A DNA stretch of 61,349 bases, counting the filler, from Sphacelaria rigidula (taxonomy: Eukaryota), in the NCBI GenBank assembly GCA_964200075.2. It is 10 parts of 10 records of this genome, joined end to end, with 100 filler letters (N's around TTAATTAATTAA, not from the genome) between each part and the next. Parts side by side here need not be neighbours in the genome. Positions count along the whole stretch, not along the records: positions 18,437 to 24,481 come from CAXNAA020022601.1; positions 24,582 to 30,626 come from CAXNAA020022602.1; positions 30,727 to 36,771 come from CAXNAA020022603.1; 7 more parts are not named here. One strand, given 5' to 3'. The number at the start of each line of letters is the position of its first letter. Position 1 is the stretch's first letter. The notes beneath the pieces are model-generated. The model saw only the letters and a program-made list of their open reading frames with translations, had not been told where the DNA came from and searched no databases. The position numbers and the translations under genes are program-made. Below, one piece after another: positions 21,641 to 33,068 of this stretch.

Positions 21641-23966
21641 TGTCGTTGTAGTATTAGCACCTGTGCTCTCCCTCTCCCAAGTGAAGATTATGTGTGCCAA
21701 TTCCACTGTTATGATGGACAGCTCCTGCGGTCCAAGGGTTATATAACAATCTTCCCTCGGGTCAATGTCTCTCTTCTACTTTGCCACACTGTTTTTGTTT
21801 TTTGTTTTTTGTCTCGGTTCTCAAGTGAAAATGATGTGAATTAAAAAAATTAAGGGAACCCGCTGCGGGGGGTTGTCGGTCAAAGGGTCACAACGATCAC
21901 GCTCATCCCGAGCGTGAGAGACATGTGACGGCAATCGCGATTGCCGCAACCCAAAAAGTTGCCGCAAGGTACGTACGTTTAGGTTCGAAATGAAACAAAG
22001 CGGGCCAACAGATGGGTGCGCTCAACGCATCGAACGGAACGCATTGCGACGCCACGCAGAACAAAGCGCGAGGAGCAAGTGCAAAATCTGAACCCGTGTA
22101 GGAACAGAACGCGATCTAGATTCGAGTAAAGACGGCATGCTGGCCTGCCAGCGCTCGAGATACAAATGAAATGCTGGCCTGTTGCGCAGCAAAGGTAATA
22201 TTCTGCTGTTTTCAAGAAAAAAAGCTTCCATTGATAAAGTTGTTGATTTATTTTTTGGCGCGTCGCGCCGGCGCCCAACATGAGCGATTCCAAGGCAAAA
22301 GGAATCATGGAGTGTTCGGAGCTGGAGATATGGCTTTGGAGGTACTTGAAGGATTTGGACGGAAGAATGGGGTCCTCGAAAGAGAACAAACAACCCTTGT
22401 GTGTAGGCTGGCGATCGCATGCGCGACTCTGCTTTTAGAGTTGTTCATAAATGATGCTTACTGCACGGAAAACACTCACGATCATCCCTCAACGTCGTCG
22501 ACGAGAAGACCAGCACATGAAATAGAGGAGACGCCAATTGCATGAAACCGTTCATTATCTGAATCATTCCAACGAGTTTCGTCGGCGTTTCTTATCCGAA
22601 GCTGCATTTTGTTTTCGCTTTTTTGCTGTACTTGGAAATGGGGCAAGTGATTCAGTTTTCAACCATGGCCCCAAAGCCACACATTCGGGCAGGTGAGGTG
22701 GTGCGGGCTGATCGAACCGGTTCGGCTGAGTATTGGTAAATAATGCAGAGATAACTGCCAATATTTGATGCGGGGCGAAAAACGTGGAAATGTGTCGCAG
22801 CAGCGAAACACATTCGAAGGAAACAGCAAACGATAGAGCGTATAACGCACAGGAGAAAAGGAACGAGTCTTACCAATAAGAGCGAACGAGGGCGTCATGC
22901 TGCGCGTTGCGATATCATCACACACAGCGATCAACGCGCTTTGGGAACTGTTTAGAGGTCGGCCGTGTAGGTGCGCGGTAAACGAATCGTAAGCTGGTCT
23001 CCTGAGGTCGACTTGATTAGTTCGCTCCCCCACGAAGCTGTGATTTGGATCATGAATCTGGATCATGACCATTGGTGTAGCTACCTCCGATACCGCCGCT
23101 ATCCTGCAGCAGGGCGGTTATGACGTGAAGCTTTGTTCTTGTTGTTTTCCCCCATCATCATTGTGTCATTTCGGCATATGAGAGCGAGAAGCTTATAAGT
23201 CGTTTACCCGCCTCCCCCCCCCTCGCCACCCCAAACCCCGTAGTATTACAAGGTGAGGGTTTGGTACAGTTTGAGTGTAGTGAAACGAACCAGGGTCATG
23301 ATCCAAATTAATCTCGTGAGCAAGAGATCGGTGAAGGTCGTAGAGAATTTTTTTCAAGAAAATGATGCGTGTAAAAATGCCAGCACGTTGTGCATCACTA
23401 ACGTTTGACCTATTGAATCATATCTTTTCTTGAAGGCGAACATGGGTGGCAGGTTCTATCTACTATCTTGACATCTGCTGCGATGAAGGCGATCTTGTAA
23501 TACGATGGCCACATGGCAGCACAGTTATGTAGGGGACGGAGAACTGAACAAAACGAGAACTGAGGAACAGTTACCGACATATTACTCTGTAGTATGCAAA
23601 CATAACCACTGTAGCTCCAGCGTCCGTCTCCCTCCCAACCCCCTCCCGGCGTGGGGTGCACCTGCACCTTACGCAGGATCATATTATACCTCTGTTGTCG
23701 CATCGCTCGCGAGTATTTTCCATCGGTCGTCTGTTTTGTGTCGGTCGGGGTACACCATACTGTGGTTGCTGCTGCTGTTCCTTTTTTTTTTTTTCAGTAG
23801 TGGTGTTGCTTCCTTATTTCGTTCTTCGGTTCTACTCCCTCTTTTTTTCGTCACGTTGCTTGTCGTATTCTTCTTGACTCATCTTTTTTGCTCGTTTTTT
23901 CTTCCCCCGTCCATTCGTCCGCCTGTCCTGTTTCCTGTGTGTTGCGCATTTGTTGCTTATGAGAAG

Positions 23967-24054
23967 CCTGCGGTCCGCGACAGAGCAGTGAGGGTTTCGA
24001 AGCTGCTGGGACTTGATCCTGCGGCAGCGGGGAGCTCAGACGGAGGAGACGAAG
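23967..24054 (+). CDS. Tepsin/MTV1-like internal exon C
   Basis: Pyrimidine tract plus AAG acceptor, G|GTATGC donor: PAVRDRAVRVSKLLGLDPAAAGSSDGGDE; fits the terminal R-x-x-A-x-x-V-x-x-LLG helix of VHS/ENTH folds. Confidence 0.72.
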
Positions 24055-25608
24055 GTATGCGTTATGAAGTATTGTCATTATCCATTTTCGTGGCGTCTCT
24101 CTTTTTATTTTTATTTTTGTTCATGTGTCTTGTAAGGAATAGCAGGAAACGGCATTGGAAAGGCGAGCCTTCGTCTGTGACCACGGGTTCGCGAGACTGG
24201 ACTAATGTGCGGAAATAGTAGTAATAATAATAAGGGCAACGGCCTCGAAAAGGTATACCTTCTTGTTTTTTTCCTAGAAAAGGTACGAAAAATAGTCAGA
24301 AACGCGAAAACAGCCAAACACGTCATTTTGACCGTTTTCGCTCCGCATTTTTCACGCACATCGTTCGGGAGGGCCATTGGCACCCGGGACTCGAAAAGAA
24401 ACGGATAAAAAACACGTTACTCTAGAGATATGGCCACGCGAAAACGGACATTTCCCCTCCAGAAACCGCTTACCTTTTGTANNNNNNNNNNNNNNNNNNN
24501 NNNNNNNNNNNNNNNNNNNNNNNNNTTAATTAATTAANNNNNNNNNNNNNNNNNNNNNNNNNNNNNNNNNNNNNNNNNNNNCATGATTATGAGTACCCCC
24601 CCCCCCCGCCCCCTATCGTAGCATGGCTTCTGAATGGTGGAATATTGTGTGTCTCATATGTGTTCTAACAAAAGACGCGGAGATCGGCGCGCAGGAGAAG
24701 TGCTGGGAAGACGTGACGCAAGAGCCAAGCGTAGCGGAGCGGAGAGAAGGGAGGGATATGACGAGGGTGCCGGCTGTGCGACCAGTGATCACGCAAGAAT
24801 AGAGGCGGGACCTAATCTCGAGGAGATTCAAGCGGCGTTGGTGGATGCGAGGAGGAAGCTACTGCACCCCCCTAAGGTGTAGCAAGTGGCGAGCTCGAAA
24901 CTAGAAGGGGTGCGTGCTTCTCCATGTTTTTGTTCGTTCCAAGCAGCGGTCGCGGTAGCTACAGACAACCGTCAGCTAACGTATGCTTTGTGAAGTGCAC
25001 TGTGGTCCGTATTGCGGCGAACATTTGACACTGAAGGCGCGTCTTTTTATTGTGTGCTCCATCCCAAGCAGACGTGGCTGCTGGGTCATCCAGTCCTCCA
25101 CCCCCTCCCAAGGGGGAGGGGGGGGGGTACCATAGGTAGTGATGAACCTTGTACTGAACGGCAGTCCGTTACCGATGCCTCGTTGTCCGGAGCTACGTTG
25201 TTTGTTGAAAGCCCTCTTCATGGAGACGGTATGTGGGAGTGCCGCAAGAGACACCAGAACACGTCCATTTCGTCATGTTCCACGGCAGCAAACGGTGACG
25301 GTGAAAAGCAATAGACTCACGCATCCCTTCCGAAGTCTTTTTTTTTTTTTTCCGTGCTACTGGCGAATGTTGCAGTGACAGACTGTCGAAGATAGTTCTT
25401 TAATGACCCCGAGCTACGGTAATATCCGACCGGTGTTGCTAGTATAGTTTCCCGATGCTTCCATGATTGTAACAAGCGTCACGTTGGTGATACTATGTCG
25501 CGATCTTCGTCAGAGGCCACAGAAGTTGTTGAATCATTCAGCCAACGAGAACGTCTACAGTGATCCTGCATCAGCAGCCTGATTGCAGTGCTGTGGAGAT
25601 ATCAAGTT

Positions 25609-25873
25609 GAACAATGCTACGGTAGGGGTACACTTTTTTCGCGAAATGACGTCTAGTTCAGGGGCTCCTAACGATTCTACATGCACAAGCATATGGGGTC
25701 AGGGCATCCCCGTTTGGCAAATTCATTCGGGATATCCCCAGCACGTTGGAGCATAGTAATCTTGGCGTACGTTTACATATTTTCATAACTAAGCGTTGTT
25801 TTGCATGATATCAAGGGCTCCTGTCAACTCTAACCTCATAAACGTTTTGTGCACCCCCACCGTAGCATCACTC
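25609..25873. mobile_element. MITE, same family as 9483-9738, candidate 4-bp TSD AGTT
   Basis: TIRs GAACAATGCTACGGTAGGGGTACAC / GTGCACCCCCACCGTAGCATCACTC; AGTT on both flanks; interior colinear with the 9483 copy. Confidence 0.87.
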
Positions 25874-27344
25874 AGTTGCGCCATCAAGACCTTCAACCCT
25901 GCCTTTCGCCCGCCGCCAGAGCTGGGTTCAATGAAGCACCGGCAGGTGTTGAACTCTCGACCCATCTTGACGTTTGAAATACTCTCAGATGGCACTGTTC
26001 CCCTTCTCTGGGAAACGGCGAGACCCCGTAACAACACAGGTTTATGCCGCAAACACTCCACCCCCCATCCAGATAGACCTGGCGGCTATTGCTGCTGTGC
26101 AGGCATCATTCGCACGGAAGTTCCCGTTCCAAAAATACCGACCGAAGCTCGAGGAGAAAGCCGTGCGGGAATCGCTGAAGGATCTTATCAAATCAAGCGG
26201 TCTGACGAGGCTTATAGGGTGAGTGCTCGTATTGATATCTACGATACGGAGACTGTCGATTTCAAGCTGGGGTATCGGGGGCATGTCTTCCCAGAGATAC
26301 CAATAGGGTTTGGAAACTAACGCCAAAACGAGATGGCGAGGTAGAGCAAGCTAGGCGTGCAGTATAGTTGGCAGGCCATACCCGTACGAACCCCGAGAGC
26401 CGTGTAGATTCGTCGGCCAAATTGACGCGGAATGAAGCTGGAACACACTGCACACAGGTGGGCGATCCTCGGAAGTACCCATCTGGGTAGACAATTCCAA
26501 GGGTCTGACAAATCATGATTCGTCTGGTAATTTCTTGGCTTTAGTATCATGAGCCGACTCGTAACGAATCAAGCCCTAGGATTCATTTCAGCGTTGCAAC
26601 CCAGGTACACGCAGAATGGCGCAAAAGTTGCGTGGATACCCCTTGGACCAGCGATCAACGTTTTTCTCCCTTTTGGGGCAATCAGGCCGAAGAAATCGTG
26701 AATACTGTGATTTTGAGTCGTGATGATTTGTCCTAACCGTGGACAATACTCACGGGCATATCAGCTGACCTTATCGTATTAAGCGTCGACATAATACCAA
26801 GAATAACGGAAATAATTTTCGCCACATGCACACCGTGACTGTTGCATGCCTATCCTTTCCACCCCGGTGATTCGCATTTTCAAGCACATGAAAATGCAAT
26901 GTAGTGGCTACAGTATCTGTTCTGAGACTATCGTCGACTCGGGGCCTGCATCTCCATTTTTGCTACGAGAAGCTAAAATCGCTGCCGGTATTGCACTCGT
27001 CCAACTCTTCGAGCCCGAATCCGAAAAATGCGGTAGTCCAATCTACCCACCGGTGGAGAATGTCCTTCATTTGTTATCTTTTTTGTTTGGTCATACTTCA
27101 GAACTCTCGCCTTCGTCGGAACGGGGCTCTTGTCTCACGTGAGCAACCCATCCCTCCCCAGTCCGCCTGGTTCGGCGAAAACCCAGCGTACTCTCTCCCG
27201 GTTTGTAGGGACGACGGATCCCTCCATGGGGGTTTCCATCGGTTGGCAAAGACGCTGTAAAACGCGAAACTCACTGCGTGAGCTATAGGCAATCAGGTTA
27301 TCGATTTGTTATGCGCGCTTGCGTTTTTTTTTTTGCGGTAACCT

Positions 27345-27745
27345 TGATGGTGGTCTAGCTGAATCATGTTGTGCGGGGTGACAGACCCTCATTACCGCGC
27401 AAAGGGGATGATCATACAATACTACGTGGTGTGTTTGAATGGTGAGACACCCAGGAGGCAGTGTATAAGCCGTGGCTGTCTGCGGTAGTCGCGATACCAG
27501 AAAATGAAGCAACTCATTGCAGGCTGTCATCCAAACACAAGAGAATCAGTACGTTTTGGCCCGAACAATCTTGGCAGGATGCGGCTAACCCTTTATGCGA
27601 CTCGCCGAACATGTCACGGCGCTTCGCGCTTGGTGAATGGTTGCGAGCCTTGTCCGGCGAAAACCCGGCGTGTTCCGTCCCGGCTCTGTTGGGATGCGAG
27701 GTCAACGATCATATGCCTATGGCATGCAAGATCATGAGCCCCCCG
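27345..27745 (+). mobile_element. Near full-length SINE-like family A copy
   Basis: Starts GATGGTGGTCTAGCTG (A-box-like), ends GGGATGCGAGGTCAACG...GATCATGAGCCCCCC. Confidence 0.82.
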
Positions 27746-28264
27746 CCCCCTCCCCCCAGTACATGTTTGGATCATGACCATCAACACTCCTGCACTACGT
27801 CAACTCTCGTCAGGTTTTCGCTGCTGCTCAATTCCGCGAGCTTTCAGCGACGGGCCACCAGATACGGCAATAAAAAATGCCCCGTATATCTCGGGATTAC
27901 ACCCGCAGCTCAGCACCCTAACTCGCGGTTGGTGTAAAATCAAGCTACTGCGGCGCGGTGGCTTTTCTTTCTATGTCTTACTCCTAGCCCCTCCCCCCCC
28001 CGCCCCCGCTCCTCGCGACGAGTCCGTGGTCTCGAGGGGTCATCAACCCATCTCACCCCTGCCTGGTACACACGGTACATTTTGGCATCGCGGATTTGGA
28101 TTAGAGTATATATGATCAACATTCTCGCACCCCGTCGGCTGTCGCCTGACAAACTCAGTCGAACGAGCGCTTTTTGTCACTCACGTCACCATGTATTCAA
28201 CCACGGAAAATCAGACACTGCTTAGAAGAAATATTGTTTGTTTACACTTTCTACGATAGCCCCC

Positions 28265-28295
<31 letters not shown>

Positions 28296-28774
28296 AACCC
28301 CAAAACCCCCCCCCCAAAAAAAAAAAAAAACACCCGCTGTTTTGGTGTTGGNNNNNNNNNNATCCAACCCCCAAAAAAAACCCACCCTTAAAAAAAAATT
28401 TTTTTTTTTTTTATTTTCCACAAACGCCCCCCCCCCCCCCCCCCCGCCCAAACAAACAAAATAGCCCAAAACTGTCACGAAAAAAATAGACGTACAGCGC
28501 CTGATGTTTGGTTTCGGGCTCCATGGAGCGCCTCATACAGGCGCCACTGGCGGAAATGAACCCAAGCGTGGGGATTCCCGGCTGCTCGTTGTGCTTGGCG
28601 TTTTCCATTCCGATTCATGTGTAGCTTTTGCATCCCCAAATCACCCACTTTTTCGGGGGGGGGAGGGCTATATCGTAGAAAGTGTCATTGTAGAGACATT
28701 GCCATCGTAGAAAGTGTCATTGTAGACACATTGCCGAGAATCAAACCCGCGTTCACTGTGACCTACATTTGATG

Positions 28775-28852
28775 AATTGATTGATTGACTGATTGCCGCA
28801 CTTTAACTGACCCCCCAGAGATCCAGCCGTGGTCTCATCATAGACGTACCCA
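28775..28852 (-). mobile_element. Short (AATC)n-tailed retroelement 3' end
   Basis: Same ~80-nt sequence as 7123-7205. Confidence 0.7.
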
Positions 28853-29448
28853 ACAAAGACGAAACTGAAACACGCTCTGAGAAATGAAGAAGGAACAGAA
28901 AAATATAGAAAGAGGGGGGCGAACAGAACGACACAGCAGACTAAGTCGTGACAAAAAAATAGTAATAAAACGTCAACACAAGCAAAGCACGGAAAGAAAT
29001 GGCCGACCTAAAACAGCAAAAAAGGAAAAGAAGAGGAAAGTACAAAGCAAAAGAATAATAATACAATGAAACGATGGAAAAAAAAAAAAAAACTGCAGTG
29101 GTGTCAATTTGTTTTGTCAAGCCAACCGGGCCGCGATGGTTAGACTGTCCTATCCCGAAGTTTTGAGAAGCGCACAATCTGCTTATTCTTGTAACGGGTG
29201 GTGGTACGACCGTATCGTGCACCACGCACTTAGTGTTGGATATCGCATCGAAAGGTATCCCATATATCGTATCGAAATATCGTGTCGATATATCGTTATC
29301 GTATCGAAGACGCTTCGATGAAACAACAATGATAATGATTACGGATGTCGTATCGAGAGTTGCGATAAATATTGTATCCAAATGTCGTTATCGTTATCGA
29401 TCCGAAAACAATTCGACCAAACGATGACGATAATGATAACAATAAACT

Positions 29449-29506
29449 TGATACGATACGATACGATACGATACGATACGATACGATACGATACGATACG
29501 ATACGA
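29449..29506. repeat. (GATAC)n pentanucleotide repeat, next to a GTATCG-rich region (29210-29400)
   Basis: Read directly. Confidence 0.93.
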
Positions 29507-29974
29507 TAGATGCTGCCTGTTCCCCCGATTCGTGAGTGATTATTCATCGTACAGCTGGTGAGGGGTAACTGCCACGCTCTTTCCCGTTCTGCTTTTCGTG
29601 ATAGCTTTTCTGCACATGACGCCGGGTAAAAGTATATCTCAAGGAGGGATTTCTGCTCGTTAGTAAAACTACTTTGAGGTAAAATGAAATTTCTCACACA
29701 TCTGCTCGTTGACATGTGACAATTATGCCTCCTTTCATAACCCCTTTGACTTTTCGTTTCATGCGTGTTATTTTAGATTCACGCTCTTTTTGTTTTTCTT
29801 TTCCCCCATGTCTCCCGGTTTGCGTTGTGTATGTTTCAATCTGTCTACTTCAAGTTAAACGCCATGATAATGGACACAATGATCGCATACTCGAATTGAA
29901 TCCAATACAGAGGTGCCCGGGGTGTCTCCACGCCCCGAACGGTTTCTTCATCGAGGACCCCAACAAATCGGTGA

Positions 29975-30125
29975 TCGAAATCCAAATTTGCAGGGCGAAT
30001 GACAGTAGACAGTAGCCACCAGTACGTGAATGAATGGAGCGATATTTCGAAGATTTGTTGCGGATACGAGGATTTTAATCCTCCGGATTCTCATCCTCAA
30101 CGAAAAGCTTCATCCTCGATTTCGA
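29975..30125 (+). repeat. Diverged arm of the 6544-6970 foldback family
   Basis: TCCAAATTTG...TTTCGAAGATTTG...GGATACGAGGATTTTAATCCTCCGG matches ~6817-6930. Confidence 0.7.
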
Positions 30126-30726
30126 TGATTGGCTGTTCTATTAGAGAGTTTCGGAAAACGATTTTTTGACATTTTTAGAGCGCGAATATCTCAGGATCAG
30201 AATGCAGAATAAAAAAACACACCTCATCGAAGAAAAGTCGAGGGGATACTGTACCACATTATACGGAGGGGGGAAAATAACGTTTTGTTATTTTCTGATC
30301 CTGAGATATTTGCACCCTGAAATGACAAAAAAAAAGTTATCGTCTTGACGTTCTGCTCAGAATGCAAGTACACATGGTATAGCACATGCTCGTGTTTTTC
30401 GTGTCATGAGACGGAATTTTTAAATTTGCGGATATGCATGGAGTTTTTCAAAGGATCAAGCCTTGGGAACATGCACAAGTGAGCATCGAAATACTTTTGG
30501 GGGGAAATAAAAATGCATCGTTTGGCCGTGAGAAGCTCACTATAAACACACCACACACCAGCCCCCCAACCGAACCCCCCTAACACAACCACAACCAACC
30601 ACCAACGCAACCAAACAACACCGAACNNNNNNNNNNNNNNNNNNNNNNNNNNNNNNNNNNNNNNNNNNNNTTAATTAATTAANNNNNNNNNNNNNNNNNN
30701 NNNNNNNNNNNNNNNNNNNNNNNNNN

Positions 30727-32650
30727 AACAGCAACACCTCCTGATGGCACACTATCCTCCTCAAACACCCCGTGGCGCAACAGTGGAGACACCTCCGCCA
30801 TCGCCGCCAAATACGCCAAAGCTGTCCATGTAAACAGCAGTGCACACGACCACCCCAACACCACGCGACGTTCGTCGTCGCCGTCAGAATTGTGATCGCT
30901 AACAGCCTCACGAGCTTGCAGCTCGCTCTGCGTACCCGCTTGACGCGGGTTACGCCCCTGCTGTTTCGATCACACAAGGCGTGTCCACAGCTACGCGCTG
31001 CTCCGGCGGCAATTCCGCCATCTCGGCATTCACCTGTCCTTCGAGCAGACACCCCTGCGAATCATCTGAACGATCTCCCGCCATGTCACTTGCGCAGAGA
31101 GATTTACCGTGAGCACGGCAAGCTCCTTGCTCACCCTGCTCGTTCGCAATACGCGAGTAACACCCCCTTGCATCTTCGATCATACAAGGAGTATCTCCAG
31201 CTACGCGCTGGCCCGGTGGCCACAAGCAACCAGGACCTTTGCCGCTCAGCGCTAGCTCATTGGCCCACGTAGGCCTTGCCCTCTCAACATCGCCAACAGC
31301 AGCAGCAGTATCACCCATACTCGCTATAGCCGCCACCTCCTGTCCTGCTTGTTCCTTGAGGGCAATAGCGGCAATGCCTCTAGCGCTTGCCTTTCCCCTC
31401 GGACAAGCGATGGCTGTGTGACTTGTTCGCCTCTTCCAACAGCACTGCCAGCGGCTGCTAATTCAGCACCGACTACTATACTCTCACTGTTCTTGCTGCC
31501 CAGTCCGTCTCTTCGGACAGACACAGGCGTCGTCACCTTCGCGCCCCTCAAAGTGGCCCCGCGTTGTTGCTTCAGTCGCGGGCGAGCTGTTTCTACTACT
31601 GCACGCTCAGCAGGTGCACTGCCGTGCCTGTCCCCTCAGGCAGACACATGCTTCTCGGCTTTCACAGTGCAAGCATCTGCCTTGTATCGTTGTTTCAACG
31701 CGGACCACCTACTGCACGTTCGGCGGGTGCACTATCGTGCCTGTCCCCTCGGGCAGACACATGCTTCTCGGCTTTCACAGTGCAAGCAGCTGCCCTGTAT
31801 CGTTGTTTCAACGCGGACCACCTACTGCACGTTCGGCGGGTGCACTATCGTGCCTGTCCCCTCGGGCAGACACATGCTTCTCGGCTTTCACAGTGCAAGC
31901 AGCTGCCCTGTATCGTTGTTTCAAACGTGCAGCACCTACTGCACGTTCGGCGGGTGCACTATCGTGCCTGTCCCCTCGGGCAGACACATGCCATGTGACA
32001 AGTGCACGCTTCACAGTGCGATGCACCCCACCGGACGACGCATGCTGCGCAACGCGAAAAGCAGATGCTTGTTCTCAACATCATGAGCATCTTGCAAGAA
32101 CGTATCACGCAGACATTTCGCAACATGGTTCGGCATGAGACCAGAAACTGCTGCCACCTCAAAGAGGTTTGTTCACCGCGCGTTCACATGATCTACATCT
32201 CGCAAATATTGCTCGTATTTGCGTAAAAACTCGGCCGATTTCTCGCTCGAAAACTTGCGGCCGTAGTATGACATCTCCAGCGCCAGTATAGGAACAACAC
32301 GACCATCGGCGATGACATATTCCTGCGCCTGCGCAGTACAGCACTCCACACCGCCTTTTTTCAAAAACGAAGTCGCCTCCCACTCACAGGAACAACAACT
32401 CTCTCCTTACCAAGACGCGCTTGGCCACCAAGCGATAATGGCCACAGCGCCTCTTCCTCACGCAGGTCTCATCACGTGTTTGAAGTCCTTAGACTCCTCT
32501 TCCTGGCCGTACCTGGCCAAGCGTGGAACACGCAAACCTCGCTGACTCCACCAGGCAGTACGGTAATTGCGCCGCTTTTTCTGGAACGCGCACAGGCTCG
32601 CCAGCTGTCGGTCAACCCCCCGCACTTCTCGCACGAGCGATACCACAGCT
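30727..32650 (-). mobile_element. Decayed retrotransposon gag-like region
   Basis: Minus-strand segments RKFSSEKSAEFLRKYEQYLRDVDHVN and a degenerate knuckle CWK...HTAIACP (~31400-31450), then Ala-rich sequence; many stops and frameshifts. Confidence 0.55.
31601..31991. repeat. Tandem array, ~3.4 copies of a 113-114-bp unit
   Basis: Unit starts GCACG at 31601, 31714, 31827 and 31941. Confidence 0.93.
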
Positions 32651-33068
32651 CACCCTAGCACTACCACAGAACATCCTTGGCTCTACTTCTCCAACTCCTC
32701 GCGACGTTAACATGCCTCGAGCTGGTCTTGTTTGCTGCAAGTTGATCAAGCCTGCAGACTTCCCTATCTTGAAGTGTCAGCTGCTTTTCAGCGGATCTAC
32801 CGCCATCAGCGGACCTAATGAACGTTCATTGTAGACTTCTGTCACTCAAGATCAGATTGCCATGTGGACTCCTCCCATCACTGGCACATGGGCTTTATCA
32901 GCTTTGGTTATTTATGTAGTAATCCTCAACATAGTACAGGAGAACAGGACCATAGCCTCTCTCCACCAGAGTAGCGAAACCGGCTCTACTCGCCATGGAG
33001 GTCACCATCACAGAGTCCGGCAATCAGACCCGCAACTCCACCTACAATGTCCCTGACCTTAGGTAACA

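Noticed and set aside
22280..22400. Pogo/Tigger DDE-like peptide (KGIMECSELEIWLWRYLKDLDGRM)
   Set aside because: Resemblance is too short and weak to call without a search.
14859..24054. Joining the polyQ exon to the tepsin-like exons as one gene
   Set aside because: Different contigs and incompatible phases (1 versus 0).
23505..24218. 237-aa hydrophobic membrane protein
   Set aside because: Mostly an intronic polypyrimidine tract; only 23967-24054 looks exonic.
28255..28470. Pro/Lys-rich ORFs
   Set aside because: Homopolymer runs around a short N gap; looks like low-quality sequence.
31349..32138. Cys-rich repeat proteins in three plus-strand frames
   Set aside because: Produced by a 113-bp tandem unit cycling through frames on the antisense of a gag relic.
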